Shown here in pieces: positions 17,974-28,779 of a DNA stretch of 64,000 nucleotides. This DNA is from Synechococcus sp. GTDB lineage: Bacteria > Cyanobacteriota > Cyanobacteriia > PCC-6307 > Cyanobiaceae. The notes under the pieces are model-generated. The model was not told where the DNA came from. It ran no database searches and worked only from the letters and a program-made list of their open reading frames with translations. Numbering within the stretch: the stretch's first letter is position 1; the number at the start of each line of letters is the position of its first letter. Where the stretch lies: contig JBJBDC010000001.1 of the NCBI GenBank assembly GCA_047285535.1, positions 1,824,136 to 1,888,135 of the forward strand, read 5' to 3'. A program made the translations under genes and the position numbers.

Positions 17974-18966
17974 TTAGATCCCTAGCAAATCCAACAGGGT
18001 GACCTCCCATGCCAACCTCGGCTGCACAAAGCTCACTAACTGCATGCGCAAATGCTCAAGCCTCCACAAGGCACGTTCAGCTTGTTTTTGACTCCAGAGT
18101 TGTTGCTGCAACCATTGAATAACCCAAAGTTGTTGCTCTCCATCCAGGGCTTCAGTGAGATCTCGTGCCAAGCCCATGGCTTCAATGGGCTGAGTAGGTA
18201 GACCTTTCAAGCGCCCCATCAGCTCCGGAGGAACGCGCATCCACTGCCTCACATGAGCAAGTAACGCTCCTGGTGAGCCACCAGCCATTTGAACCAGCTC
18301 AGTCTGCAAAAGCGCATGATTGATCGCATCGAGATCTGCTTGAGCAGGCAATCGATGAAGGACCAACTGCATTTCTTCGGCATTCAATCGAGTAAATCGA
18401 ATCAACTGACAGCGCGAACGAATGGTGGCGAGCAACCTTTCCGGAGCTGCAGACAACAGAATCAACAGTCCATGGCCCGGTTCCTCAAGGGTTTTTAACA
18501 AAGCATTGGCGGCTGCTTCCGCCATTGCTTCAGGCTCCTCCAAAACGACTAGGCCACGGGAAGTCTCCAGCGGTTTGCGGGCCAGGAAGCGACTGACTTC
18601 TCGAATCTGATCCAAACGCAATTGAGGAGGCGTTCGCCGACTCACACCTGCCTCTTCAGCTTCAGAACGCGGGATCAAACGTCCCTGATGGGTGTAGCTG
18701 GGTTCAACCCAAAGAAGATCGGGGTGGTTGCGTTCTATCAAGCGGCGACGTTGACGCTCATTGCATTGACCTTCGCTGATCACTCCCTCGAGGAACCGAA
18801 GAACGGCAAGCCTCCTTCCAACACCCTCTGGGCCAGCAAAGATGTATGCAGGAGCGAGCCGCCCCTGCTTGAGAGCTGCCTGCAAAAGAGTCACCGCCAG
18901 ATGCTGACCCAGCAGATCAGCAAACAGATCCGGCTCTCCCTCTAACACTTGGGTCATCTTTGCCAC
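17974..18966 (-). CDS. holB: DNA polymerase III subunit delta'
   Basis: HPDLLW, AANALLKTLEEP, TIRSRCQ; adjacent to tmk. Confidence 0.93.
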   Translation of the reverse strand: MAKMTQVLEGEPDLFADLLGQHLAVTLLQAALKQGRLAPAYIFAGPEGVGRRLAVLRFLEGVISEGQCNERQRRRLIERNHPDLLWVEPSYTHQGRLIPRSEAEEAGVSRRTPPQLRLDQIREVSRFLARKPLETSRGLVVLEEPEAMAEAAANALLKTLEEPGHGLLILLSAAPERLLATIRSRCQLIRFTRLNAEEMQLVLHRLPAQADLDAINHALLQTELVQMAGGSPGALLAHVRQWMRVPPELMGRLKGLPTQPIEAMGLARDLTEALDGEQQLWVIQWLQQQLWSQKQAERALWRLEHLRMQLVSFVQPRLAWEVTLLDLLGI

Positions 18967-19604
18967 TCAGCAGCTCTGACCAGCAACGCAGTCCGAATCG
19001 ACTCAGTGACGTCCTCAAGAGGACGATCCGCCACAACCGAGACCCAACCACGAGCATCTGCCATGTCAGAGAACCCTTTGGAGACTCTCTCTAGAAACGC
19101 AAAACCCTCTGCCTCTATACGGTCTTCCTGACGTCTTCCTCGTCGTTCAACGCTCAACTCCAAAGGGATGTCAAGCCAAAATGTCATGTCTGGGCTGAGT
19201 CCTCGCGTAGCAATTCGCTCAAGATCAACGATTAGATCGCGATTGAGACCTCGCCCATATCCCTGGTAGGCCATTGTCGATCCAGTAAATCGATCACTGA
19301 GAACCCAATCACCCCGCTCCAAAGCGGGCTGGATCACACGATCAACATGTTGGGCCCGATCTGCGGCATACAACAACAGTTCAGCTGTGGGCTCAGGGTC
19401 AGCATTGGGCGGCGGATGAAGAAGAAGCTGGCGAAGGCTGACCCCCAAGGCGGTACCACCTGGCTCTCGCGTCACCACCAACTGAGCTCCGTTGGGCATG
19501 AGTCCGCTCTTTGGAAGCCAGCTGGAAAGGTGCTGAAGCTGGGTCGTCTTGCCACAACCATCAATGCCTTCCATCACCAGCAATCGCCCCTTCCTGGTGA
19601 TCAT
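18954..19604 (-). CDS. tmk: Thymidylate kinase
   Basis: EGIDGCGKTT, TREPGGT, DRF..STMAYQGYGRG. Confidence 0.97.
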   Translation of the reverse strand: MITRKGRLLVMEGIDGCGKTTQLQHLSSWLPKSGLMPNGAQLVVTREPGGTALGVSLRQLLLHPPPNADPEPTAELLLYAADRAQHVDRVIQPALERGDWVLSDRFTGSTMAYQGYGRGLNRDLIVDLERIATRGLSPDMTFWLDIPLELSVERRGRRQEDRIEAEGFAFLERVSKGFSDMADARGWVSVVADRPLEDVTESIRTALLVRAAEWQR

Positions 19605-19606
19605 CG

Positions 19607-21955
19607 TTATCGAAGCCGCAAACTGAGGGCATTTACCACCACGGACACCGAGCTAAACGCCATCAGCAACGCTGCTAGCGGGGGGGAAAGCAGCAATCCA
19701 GAGCCAGGTAAAAGCACACCAGCGGCAATGGGCAATGCAATCAGGTTGTAGCCAAACGCCCAAACTAAATTCTGTCGAATCTTGGCCATCGTGCGTCTGG
19801 CAAGACCAAGCGCCTCTGGCACCGCCTCAAGCCTGTCGCCGAGCAAGACAAGATCAGCTGTGTCCTGAGCAATCTGAGTACCAGTTCCCACTGCAATCCC
19901 AAGATCGGCTGCCGCCAAAGCAGGTGCATCATTAATTCCATCGCCCACCATGGCGACTGCCCCCTGAGCGCGCCAAGACTCAAGTCGTTCAAGTTTTTGA
20001 TGAGGCAACAGCTGCCAAGCCATATCTGAACAGGCAAAATCGAGTTCTTGTCCCACCCTCTCGACCGCCTGACGACGATCTCCACTCAGCATGGCTACAG
20101 ACTGACCTTGGGCTCGCAATCTCTGAAGGGCAACGGATGCGTCAGGGCGTAGCCGATCATCGATGGTGACCAGACCTAAGGGACACTCAGCCAAAGCGAC
20201 AGCGACCAATGACTGACCCCGCTGAAGGGCTGAATCGACCGTCTGTTGCTGTTGATCTGACCAAGACACACCTTGACCACGCAGCCATGCCGGAGATCCC
20301 ACGCGTACTAAGCCATCCACTCCTTGCAAATGCCCTTCCATGCCAGCACCAGGGATCGTGCGACTGGAATCGACCGGCAAGAGAGGTAACTGCAGCCTTT
20401 GTGCCTCCTGCAGAAGCGCATGGGCCAGTGGGTGACGGCTGGTTTGCTCAAGACTGGCAGCTAACTGAAGCGTTTGTGGAGGGTCCCCACTCGCCAAGAC
20501 GGCATCAACCAACGGTCTACCAAGCGTGAGTGTGCCGGTTTTATCGAACACGATGCGTTGAACCGAGGCTGCCAGTTCCATCACATCCCCACCTCGAAAC
20601 AACCAGCCCTGCTTTGCAGCCAATCCTGAAGAGACAGTAATCACCGTGGGAGTAGCCAATCCCAAAGCACATGGGCACGCCACCACAAGAACAGCAATCG
20701 CGAGTTGAAGAGCAAGACCAAGAGGCGTCTCAGCTCCCGCACCAAGAGATCCATGCAGACCATGCGCATGACCGTGATCCATCAAGGCCACAGGAACCTC
20801 CAGCACCTGAGGCCAGAGACGACAGCCGATCTGCCACCAAAACAGGAACGTCATGATGGCAAAACTGACCACTGCATAACAAAACCGACCTGCCACGCGA
20901 TCAGCAAGGCCCTGAATCGGTGCCTTGCGGGCCTGGGCCTGCTCCACCAAATCAATAATGCGAGCCAGTGCGGTTTCACGACCGATCCGCTGGACCTCCA
21001 GGACAAGAGTGGCTTCAAGATTGAGGCTGCCTGAGCTGAGCTCTGTGCCAGGCGAAGCATCCATAGGCAATGGTTCGCCCGTCAAGCTGGACAGATCAAC
21101 AGCGGAATGGCCCTCTCTCACGATTCCGTCAACCGGCACTCGATCCCCTGCCAACAGCTGTACGCGCTCTCCTGGTCTCAACGCTGCAACTGAAACCTCC
21201 CGGATGGTGTCATCCTCCATCAACAACCTGGCCACATCCGGCTGAAGGGCTGCCAAGTCCTGCAGTGCACGGCCGGTACGCCGGCGCGCACGCTCTTCAA
21301 GAAAGCGACCCAGCAACACAAAGCCCAGCAGCATCACTGGCTCGTTGAAAAAGCAAGGCCAACCCACTTGAGGCCAAGCCAATGCGACCAAACTGGCCAA
21401 ATAAGCGCTGCCAACACCAAGGCTAACCAAAGTATCCATCGTCGGCACGCCCCCACGAGCAGCACGCCAGCCAGCGAACAGAATGGGCCGCCCTGGACCA
21501 ATCAACGCAACAGTGGCCAAACCCGCATGGAAGGGAAGCGTTCCAAGGAGAGGTAAGTCGAGGGTTCCGGCCTGAGCCAGGTGACCAACCACCGACAACA
21601 CCAGCAAGACAAGGGCAACGATCAATTGACGCCACTGCTGCCACCAACCCCAACTGCGATCAGTTGCAACGGATGCACCGAAAGCATCGGTTTGGCGGGG
21701 TTGAGCATCAAAACCTCGTGCCGCCAAGGCATCGATTACTGCATCAAGATCCCAATCAACATCGCCATCAAAGCTGACCCAGGCGCTGCGAGTCACCAGA
21801 TTAACGCTGGCTTCGAGGACGCCGGGTTGATCAAGCAGGGTGCGTTCAACTGAGCGAACGCAACCACCACACTTCATTCCCTCCACATCAAGCAACGCTG
21901 TGGGGTGACGAATGGCGGCATTGGCAGGATTGGTCACGGCTGCAGAACGCATCAA
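19607..21955 (-). CDS. ctaA: P1B-type heavy-metal (Cu) translocating ATPase
   Basis: HMA domain GMKCGGC, TGE, CPCALGLATP, DKTGT, HP, GDGIND, YN motif. Confidence 0.9.
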   Translation of the reverse strand: MMRSAAVTNPANAAIRHPTALLDVEGMKCGGCVRSVERTLLDQPGVLEASVNLVTRSAWVSFDGDVDWDLDAVIDALAARGFDAQPRQTDAFGASVATDRSWGWWQQWRQLIVALVLLVLSVVGHLAQAGTLDLPLLGTLPFHAGLATVALIGPGRPILFAGWRAARGGVPTMDTLVSLGVGSAYLASLVALAWPQVGWPCFFNEPVMLLGFVLLGRFLEERARRRTGRALQDLAALQPDVARLLMEDDTIREVSVAALRPGERVQLLAGDRVPVDGIVREGHSAVDLSSLTGEPLPMDASPGTELSSGSLNLEATLVLEVQRIGRETALARIIDLVEQAQARKAPIQGLADRVAGRFCYAVVSFAIMTFLFWWQIGCRLWPQVLEVPVALMDHGHAHGLHGSLGAGAETPLGLALQLAIAVLVVACPCALGLATPTVITVSSGLAAKQGWLFRGGDVMELAASVQRIVFDKTGTLTLGRPLVDAVLASGDPPQTLQLAASLEQTSRHPLAHALLQEAQRLQLPLLPVDSSRTIPGAGMEGHLQGVDGLVRVGSPAWLRGQGVSWSDQQQQTVDSALQRGQSLVAVALAECPLGLVTIDDRLRPDASVALQRLRAQGQSVAMLSGDRRQAVERVGQELDFACSDMAWQLLPHQKLERLESWRAQGAVAMVGDGINDAPALAAADLGIAVGTGTQIAQDTADLVLLGDRLEAVPEALGLARRTMAKIRQNLVWAFGYNLIALPIAAGVLLPGSGLLLSPPLAALLMAFSSVSVVVNALSLRLR

Positions 21956-22013
21956 TGAACGTTAGGCAGTACCGATTGCCGTCAGGATGGCATTACTGCT
22001 TTTCTGGATTCCT

Positions 22014-22535
22014 GTGCCTCGCAGCAACCGTAACGACAACTTTATCGACAAAAGCTTCACGGTCATGGCCGATCTCATCGTGAAGCTACTTCCGATTAAT
22101 GCCCGTGCCAAGGAAGCTTATGTGTATTACCGCGACGGGCTTTCTGCCCAGAATGATGGAGATTATGCCGAGGCATTGGAAAACTATGAGGAGAGCTTGA
22201 AGCTTGAAGAGAACCCAGTCGACCGAGGGGAGACCTTGAAAAACATCGCCATCATCTACATGAGCAATGGCGAAGAAGAGCGCGCAATAGAGACCTATCA
22301 AAAGGCACTTGAAGAGAATCCCAAGCAACCTTCATGCCTAAAAAACATGGGTCTCATTTATGAAAAACGAGGCCGAATAGCGGAAGAAGAAGGTCGTCGC
22401 GATGATGCTGACGGCTGGTTTGACCAAGCCGCTGAGGTATGGACCCAGGCGGTGAGGCTGAACCCTGGCGGCTATCTGGATATCGAAAACTGGCTCAAAT
22501 CAACAGGACGTAGCAACGTGGATGTGTACTTCTGA
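22014..22535 (+). CDS. ycf3: Photosystem I assembly TPR protein Ycf3
   Basis: (M)[19 protein letters not shown]...YYRDG; start taken at GTG 22014. Confidence 0.96.
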   Translation: MPRSNRNDNFIDKSFTVMADLIVKLLPINARAKEAYVYYRDGLSAQNDGDYAEALENYEESLKLEENPVDRGETLKNIAIIYMSNGEEERAIETYQKALEENPKQPSCLKNMGLIYEKRGRIAEEEGRRDDADGWFDQAAEVWTQAVRLNPGGYLDIENWLKSTGRSNVDVYF

Positions 22536-22538
22536 GGG

Positions 22539-23936
22539 TCAGGATTCGCCGTCAGCGGGATTAACCCCTAACGCAAGCACAAGAGCCTCTGTAATGGATC
22601 CAGCTTCGTGCAGCTCCAAGTTCAGGCTGGCAGCCGCCGATCCCAATCCACAACCCTTTGGAACCACAGCACGTCTGAATCCGAGACGGACGGCCTCCTG
22701 CAGGCGCAACTCCAACTGCCCAACGGGTCTGAGCTGACCTCCCAAGCCAAGCTCTCCCAGCAAAACGGAACCCGCCGGCAGGATGAGGTCTCGATAACTA
22801 GCAACAACAGCAGCTGCCACACCAAGATCAGCCGCTGGCTCCTCCACATCGAGACCGCCAGCCACTGCCAGATAGCAATCAAAACGAGAAAGGGGAAGTC
22901 CCATGTGCTTTTCAAGCACAGCAAGGATCTGATGCAAACGATTCACAGCAATACCTGTAGCTGTTCTCCGTGGGCTTGCGTAACTGGTTGTACTGACCAA
23001 CGCCTGTAGATCAACCACCAGAGGTCTTGTGCCTTCACAAGCCACAATCGTGGCAACTCCGCTCGCCTCATCTCCACTTAAAAACAACTCGCTTGGGTTT
23101 TTCACCTCAACAAGGCCCTGGCCCTGCATTTCGAATACACCCAGTTCATGCGTGGCACCAAAACGATTTTTAACAGCACGCAGTAATCGATGACTGGCAA
23201 AGCGGTCGCCCTCAAACGTGAGTACGGCGTCAACCAAGTGTTCAAGCACTTTTGGGCCTGCCAGCATCCCCTCTTTCGTGACATGGCCCACGAGCAATAA
23301 AGCGGTGTTCTGACGCTTAGCGAGACGTTGTAGAGAAGCAGCGCATTCACGCACTTGAGCGACTGACCCTGGTGCGCTCGAGAGATTGGCGTCATGCAAG
23401 GCCTGAATACTGTCGATGATCGCCACATCTGGACGCAGAGCCTCAAGCTCCTCCAGAACAAGCTCCAAATCGGTCTCGGCAAGCAGTTGAAGCCGCTCAC
23501 TCTCACCACCCAAGCGCAACCAGCGCAACTTCACCTGCTGCGCCGACTCCTCGGCACTGACGTAGAGAACTGAGAGCCGATTGGCCATCAGCGATGCGCT
23601 CTGAAGCAGCAGCGTGCTTTTCCCAATCCCTGGGTCACCACCGACAAGGACAAGGGAACCAGGCACAACGCCACCGCCCAGCACTCGATCCAGTTCCGGG
23701 TAGCCACTATCCAGGCGCCGAATCGGACGATCACCAAGATCAGACATCGCCGTCGAGCGCCGCGCGACAGGAGCTGCAGCTGATTCAACGGGAGCTCTCC
23801 TACGCCTACCGTCGTGCTTGGGCGCCTTTTGCTCGATCAAGGAATTCCAGCTACCGCAACTACTGCAACGGCCAAAAAACTGCCGAGTCTGAGCACCACA
23901 GCTCTGACAAACGAACAATGAGGCGGGTCGGGACAC
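22539..23936 (-). CDS. radA: DNA repair protein RadA/Sms
   Basis: N-terminal CxxC...CxxC zinc finger, GDPGIGKST, KNRFG. Confidence 0.97.
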   Translation of the reverse strand: MSRPASLFVCQSCGAQTRQFFGRCSSCGSWNSLIEQKAPKHDGRRRRAPVESAAAPVARRSTAMSDLGDRPIRRLDSGYPELDRVLGGGVVPGSLVLVGGDPGIGKSTLLLQSASLMANRLSVLYVSAEESAQQVKLRWLRLGGESERLQLLAETDLELVLEELEALRPDVAIIDSIQALHDANLSSAPGSVAQVRECAASLQRLAKRQNTALLLVGHVTKEGMLAGPKVLEHLVDAVLTFEGDRFASHRLLRAVKNRFGATHELGVFEMQGQGLVEVKNPSELFLSGDEASGVATIVACEGTRPLVVDLQALVSTTSYASPRRTATGIAVNRLHQILAVLEKHMGLPLSRFDCYLAVAGGLDVEEPAADLGVAAAVVASYRDLILPAGSVLLGELGLGGQLRPVGQLELRLQEAVRLGFRRAVVPKGCGLGSAAASLNLELHEAGSITEALVLALGVNPADGES

Positions 23937-24027
23937 GTCGAACTATGAAGAAAGTTGGCTTTCGGTGAATGAACTGGGCCTCGATCCACTTATCTGTAGC
24001 CAATACTTGTACGAAATAGCTGCTGAT

Positions 24028-24774
24028 ATGACGGCCACAGGCGCCAGCAAAGAAACCATTCTCGTAGTTGATGACGAGGCCAGTATTCGACGGATTCTGG
24101 AAACACGTCTATCGATGATCGGTTACAACGTCGTCACAGCCTGTGACGGCACCGAAGCTCTGGAAAGCTTTGAGCAGTGCAATCCAGACTTGGTTGTCTT
24201 GGATGTGATGATGCCGAAGCTTGACGGTTACGGGGTTTGCCAGGAACTGCGCAAAGAATCGGATGTGCCGATTGTGATGCTCACCGCCCTGGGGGATGTT
24301 GCAGACAGAATTACCGGCCTAGAGCTCGGTGCCGATGACTATGTCGTCAAACCTTTTAGCCCCAAGGAACTTGAAGCAAGAATCCGTTGTGTTCTGCGTC
24401 GAGTTGAAAAAGAGCAGGTGGCCGGTATCCCCAACTCGGGGGTGATTCAAGTAGCAGATCTGCGCATCGACACCAACAAAAGACAAGTGTTCCGCGCGGA
24501 CGAACGCATCCGACTCACCGGAATGGAATTCAGCCTCCTAGAACTGCTCGTTGGTCGCTCGGGAGAACCATTCAGCCGAGGTGAAATCCTGAAGGATGTT
24601 TGGGGATATACACCTGAACGACACGTGGACACGAGGGTCGTGGACGTTCATATTTCACGCCTTCGCTCCAAACTAGAAGACGATCCGGCTAATCCCGAGC
24701 TAATCCTCACGGCTCGGGGCACCGGTTATTTGTTCCAGCGCATCATCGATTCCGTTGCACCCGAAGGATCCTGA
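24028..24774 (+). CDS. rpaB: OmpR-family response regulator RpaB (Ycf27)
   Basis: KETILVVDDEASIRRILETRLSMIGY...; start taken at ATG 24028. Confidence 0.95.
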   Translation: MTATGASKETILVVDDEASIRRILETRLSMIGYNVVTACDGTEALESFEQCNPDLVVLDVMMPKLDGYGVCQELRKESDVPIVMLTALGDVADRITGLELGADDYVVKPFSPKELEARIRCVLRRVEKEQVAGIPNSGVIQVADLRIDTNKRQVFRADERIRLTGMEFSLLELLVGRSGEPFSRGEILKDVWGYTPERHVDTRVVDVHISRLRSKLEDDPANPELILTARGTGYLFQRIIDSVAPEGS

Positions 24775-26095
24775 ATTCAGCCCGGCCGAAGAAGCCAGGA
24801 GCAAACCACGCCGTTCCAAGGCGGTAAGAAGACTAGTGATTTGGTACCGGCGCAATACCGCCGTAACCAGCCTTGTCGATACTGCAACCACCTCAGCCAG
24901 CGCTGCAGGCAATGTGGCTGAATCCGTCGGCTCAATGGCGGGAAGTGTGGTCACCAACGCCGGGAGCATGGCTGGACAGATGCTTCAGCCGGTGATGGAC
25001 CCTCTCCGCCGCCTGCAAAGTACTGATGTAGGTGATGACGGAGTCATCAACGACAAGGATCGCCTGTGGGTTGCAGTAGACGGAATGGGTGGAGACCATT
25101 CGCCTGAAGAGATCCTGGAAGGCTCTCTTCAGGCCATCAATCGACTGCCGTTGCGCATCCGCTTTGTCGGCGAAACCAAACGGATCATCGAGACGGCTGA
25201 GACCTATGGCTTAACAGAACCCCTCAACAACGCCATCGAAGCAGGACAACTGGAGCTGATCCCTAGTGGCCCTTCCGTGGAAATGGATGAGGAAGCCACG
25301 GTTGTTCGCCGGAAGCGTGATGCCAGCATCAATGTGGCTATGGATCTTGTAAAACGTGGAGAAGCCTTGGCGGTTTACTCCGCTGGAAATTCCGGTGCCG
25401 TCATGGCTTCGGCCATATTTCGGCTTGGACGGTTAGCAGGCATCGACAGGCCTGCCATCGGAGCCCTGTTCCCAACAAAAGATCCTGCCCAGCCTGTACT
25501 CGTTCTTGATGTGGGGGCGAATATGGACTGTAAGCCTTCCTACATGCACCAATTCGCCTTGCTCGGCAACATCTACTGCCGTGATGTCCTTCAGGTGAAC
25601 CGACCCAGAATTGGCCTGCTCAACATTGGTGAAGAAGAATGCAAAGGGAATGAATTAACCCAACGGACCCACGAACGACTCAAAGAAGAAACCCGGCTTC
25701 AATTCACAGGAAATTGCGAAGGGAGAGACGTCCTCTCCGGAGACTTTGATGTAGTGGTTTGCGATGGTTTTACAGGCAATGTGCTGCTGAAATTCCTTGA
25801 ATCGGTGGGCAGTGTGCTGCTCGGAGTTCTTCGGGCTGAATTGCCTCGTGGACGCCGCGGGAAAGTAGGCTCAGCTTTCCTTCGCAGCAATCTCAAGCGC
25901 ATCAAGAAACGTCTGGACCATGCTGAACATGGCGGGGCTCTCCTTCTTGGTGTCAACGGGATTTGCGTCATCGGCCACGGAAGCAGCAAGGCCCTATCTG
26001 TGGTGAGCGCTCTGCGCTTAGCTCACTCCGCTGCGAGCCACGGTGTGATGGACAATCTCGCTGAACTCAGCAAGCCAACATCCATCAAAAGCTGA
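24755..26095 (+). CDS. plsX: Phosphate acyltransferase PlsX (with N-terminal extension)
   Basis: AVDGMGGD, SAGNSGA, RPAI, LDVGAN, VCDGFTGN, GHGSS. Confidence 0.96.
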   Translation: MHPKDPEFSPAEEARSKPRRSKAVRRLVIWYRRNTAVTSLVDTATTSASAAGNVAESVGSMAGSVVTNAGSMAGQMLQPVMDPLRRLQSTDVGDDGVINDKDRLWVAVDGMGGDHSPEEILEGSLQAINRLPLRIRFVGETKRIIETAETYGLTEPLNNAIEAGQLELIPSGPSVEMDEEATVVRRKRDASINVAMDLVKRGEALAVYSAGNSGAVMASAIFRLGRLAGIDRPAIGALFPTKDPAQPVLVLDVGANMDCKPSYMHQFALLGNIYCRDVLQVNRPRIGLLNIGEEECKGNELTQRTHERLKEETRLQFTGNCEGRDVLSGDFDVVVCDGFTGNVLLKFLESVGSVLLGVLRAELPRGRRGKVGSAFLRSNLKRIKKRLDHAEHGGALLLGVNGICVIGHGSSKALSVVSALRLAHSAASHGVMDNLAELSKPTSIKS

Positions 26096-26117
26096 GTACA
26101 CCCTGTCTGGAGTGTGA

Positions 26118-27167
26118 TTGACTGACGCCACTCCCGGCGCTTCCACATTGGCTGGATCTCCCCCACCCTTCCGTGGCATGGCTCTTGTCGCCAGTGGCAG
26201 TGCCCAGGCGAACCAAACCATTAGCAATGCTGACCTGAGCGCAAGGGTTCAGACAAGTGATGACTGGATTCGCACTCGCACAGGAATCCAATCTCGTCGG
26301 ATCAGCACTCCCGAGGAATCGCTAAGTGACCTTGCAATCCGTGCTGGGCAAAATGCATTGACGATGGCTCGGTGGGAACCGGACACCCTCGATCTTGTTC
26401 TGCTTGCAACGTCCACCCCGGACGACCTATTTGGCTCAGCACCGAGCATTCAGTCCGGATTGAAAGCCAAAAATGCAGTGGCCTTTGACCTCACAGCGGC
26501 CTGCAGCGGCTTCCTTTTTGCGATGGTGACAGCTGCGCAATTCCTGCGCACAGGCGCTATGCAACGGGTGCTAGTGATCGGGGCAGACCAATTAAGCCGC
26601 TTCGTGGACTGGGATGACCGACGCACATGTGTTCTGTTCGGTGACGGAGCAGGTGCCGTTGCACTCGAAGCCACCTCTGCTCAAGAGGATGGCTTATTGG
26701 GTTTCAGGCTGCGTAGCGACGGAAGCCGCGGCCAGGCCCTGACCTTGCCGCAGATTCCTACCAGCCTCCCCTTGGTGAACACCGCCCGCCATCAATGTGG
26801 TGGCTATCTGCCGATTCAAATGATTGGACAGGAGGTCTACAAATTTGCCGTACGCGAAGTTCCAGCCATTCTCAAAGAGCTGCTGGACCAGACAAACACC
26901 ACACCGGAACAACTCGATTGGCTCCTACTCCATCAAGCCAACCAGCGGATTTTGGATTCAGTGGCTGATCGATTTGCCATTCCACATGCCAAGGTTTTGA
27001 GCAATTTGGCGAACTACGGCAATACCTCGGCTTCCACAATCCCACTCATGCTTGACGAAGCCGTGCGTGACGGTCGCGTTGCCCCCGGCCATCTCTTAGC
27101 CAGCAGTGGCTTTGGTGCAGGTCTGAGCTGGGGAGCCGCATTGTTGCGCTGGCAAGGTCCCTCCTAG
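26118..27167 (+). CDS. fabH: Beta-ketoacyl-ACP synthase III
   Basis: AACSGF, HQAN, YGNTS, GFGAGLSWG. Confidence 0.97.
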   Translation: MTDATPGASTLAGSPPPFRGMALVASGSAQANQTISNADLSARVQTSDDWIRTRTGIQSRRISTPEESLSDLAIRAGQNALTMARWEPDTLDLVLLATSTPDDLFGSAPSIQSGLKAKNAVAFDLTAACSGFLFAMVTAAQFLRTGAMQRVLVIGADQLSRFVDWDDRRTCVLFGDGAGAVALEATSAQEDGLLGFRLRSDGSRGQALTLPQIPTSLPLVNTARHQCGGYLPIQMIGQEVYKFAVREVPAILKELLDQTNTTPEQLDWLLLHQANQRILDSVADRFAIPHAKVLSNLANYGNTSASTIPLMLDEAVRDGRVAPGHLLASSGFGAGLSWGAALLRWQGPS

Positions 27168-27195
27168 GCTCCCAGCCATCCTTAATCTGCCAAAG

Positions 27196-28092
27196 ATGTC
27201 AATCGCCTGGGTATTTCCCGGACAGGGGTCTCAGAAGTCGGGCATGGCTGCCCCCGTGCTGACACTTCCTGGAGCGGAAGAACGATTCGCGCTGGCCTCT
27301 CGTCTACTAGGCCGAGATTTACTGGCAATCTGCCAGGGTGAACCGGGAGAACATGGCGATCCAACCGATCTCAATGACACCCGAAACACCCAGCCTGCGC
27401 TATTCGTCATCGAAAGCCTGATTGTGGATGAACTCCTGCGACAGGGGCGCGAGCCCGCACTTGTCGCTGGCCACAGCCTCGGTGAACTTGTTGCGCTGTA
27501 TGCCGCTGGTGTCTTTGATTTCATAACAGGACTGGAGCTGATGCAACGGCGCTCAGAACTCATGGCCACTGCTGGAGGTGGAGCGATGACAGCAGTGATC
27601 GGCTTTGACCGCGATCAACTTGAACAGCTGGTGAACGGTACTGAAGGCGTGGTCATCGCGAATGACAACAGCGCTGCGCAGGTTGTGATCTCAGGTAATC
27701 CAGTCGCCGTGAAAAACGTCAGCGACCAACTCACCTGCAAGCGAGCGATTCCACTTTCGGTATCTGGAGCGTTTCACTCACCATTGATGTCCGAAGCCGC
27801 TGAAGCGTTCAAGACCCATCTTGAAGATTTGGCCTTCGAAGATGCTCGCTTCCCGGTTCTCAGCAACACCAATCCAACGCCCTGCCGCGATGCTGCTCAA
27901 CTGAAAAGGCGCCTATCTAAGCAAATGATTACAGGTGTCCGCTGGAGGGAAACCATGGAGACTCTGTCCTCAGAAGGGATCGATACCTTGATCGAAATTG
28001 GACCTGGCAATGTGCTTAGTGGCTTGGCCAAAAGGGCAATGACTGGCGTAACAACCATCCAGCTCTGCAGTTCAGCCGATTTAGGACATTGA
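27196..28092 (+). CDS. fabD: Malonyl-CoA:ACP transacylase
   Basis: FPGQGSQ, GHSLGE, AFHS. Confidence 0.97.
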   Translation: MSIAWVFPGQGSQKSGMAAPVLTLPGAEERFALASRLLGRDLLAICQGEPGEHGDPTDLNDTRNTQPALFVIESLIVDELLRQGREPALVAGHSLGELVALYAAGVFDFITGLELMQRRSELMATAGGGAMTAVIGFDRDQLEQLVNGTEGVVIANDNSAAQVVISGNPVAVKNVSDQLTCKRAIPLSVSGAFHSPLMSEAAEAFKTHLEDLAFEDARFPVLSNTNPTPCRDAAQLKRRLSKQMITGVRWRETMETLSSEGIDTLIEIGPGNVLSGLAKRAMTGVTTIQLCSSADLGH

Positions 28093-28095
28093 GCC

Positions 28096-28779
28096 ATGTC
28101 CTCCCTGAGTCCTATCCCTGACCAAGAATCTGGTGTTCTGCAGCCAGTGACACCAAAACCGAGCCTGATTTACAAGCTCGTCAGCGGCTTGCTGGTTTTT
28201 CCTCTGTTCCGAGGATTATTGAGAGGAAGAACCAGCGGCAAGGCCTTGGTGCCGCAACAAGGCCCCTTAGTCGTGGTCGCAAACCATGGATCCCATCTTG
28301 ATCCTCCATTGCTGGGCCATGCCATCGGTCGTCCGGTTGCATTCATGGCCAAAGCCGAACTCTTTCGCATCCCAATTTTGGGAGCACTCATTCAAGCCTG
28401 CGGCGCTTACCCAGTGAAGCGCGGAACAAGCGATCGAGAGGCTATCCGCACGGCGACAGCACGACTGGATGAAGGTTGGGCTATCGGCGTTTTTCTCGAT
28501 GGCACCCGCCAAACGGACGGACGCGTCAATCAACCAAAGCCTGGAGCAGCATTGCTTGCTGCGCGCACTGGAGCTCCTCTTTTACCGGTTGCAATCATCA
28601 ATACACATCGCGCCCTAGGCCCTGGAAGAGCGTGGCCAAGACTCATTCCGGTGGAACTTCGCATCGGACACCCAATCCCTGCGCCGAGCGGGCGAAGAAA
28701 GCCTGAACTCGAGGCCACCACTCTGGAACTCAAACGCAGAATCAATGCCTTAATCGATCAAGGAGACCACAACCATTGA
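28096..28779 (+). CDS. plsC: 1-acyl-sn-glycerol-3-phosphate acyltransferase
   Basis: NHGSHLD (HX4D), FMAKAELF, FLDGTR. Confidence 0.92.
   Translation: MSSLSPIPDQESGVLQPVTPKPSLIYKLVSGLLVFPLFRGLLRGRTSGKALVPQQGPLVVVANHGSHLDPPLLGHAIGRPVAFMAKAELFRIPILGALIQACGAYPVKRGTSDREAIRTATARLDEGWAIGVFLDGTRQTDGRVNQPKPGAALLAARTGAPLLPVAIINTHRALGPGRAWPRLIPVELRIGHPIPAPSGRRKPELEATTLELKRRINALIDQGDHNH

Noticed and set aside
24755..25060. Ala/Ser/Gly-rich N-terminal extension on PlsX
   Set aside because: As I recall this is common in marine Synechococcus/Prochlorococcus PlsX, so it is not distinctive.
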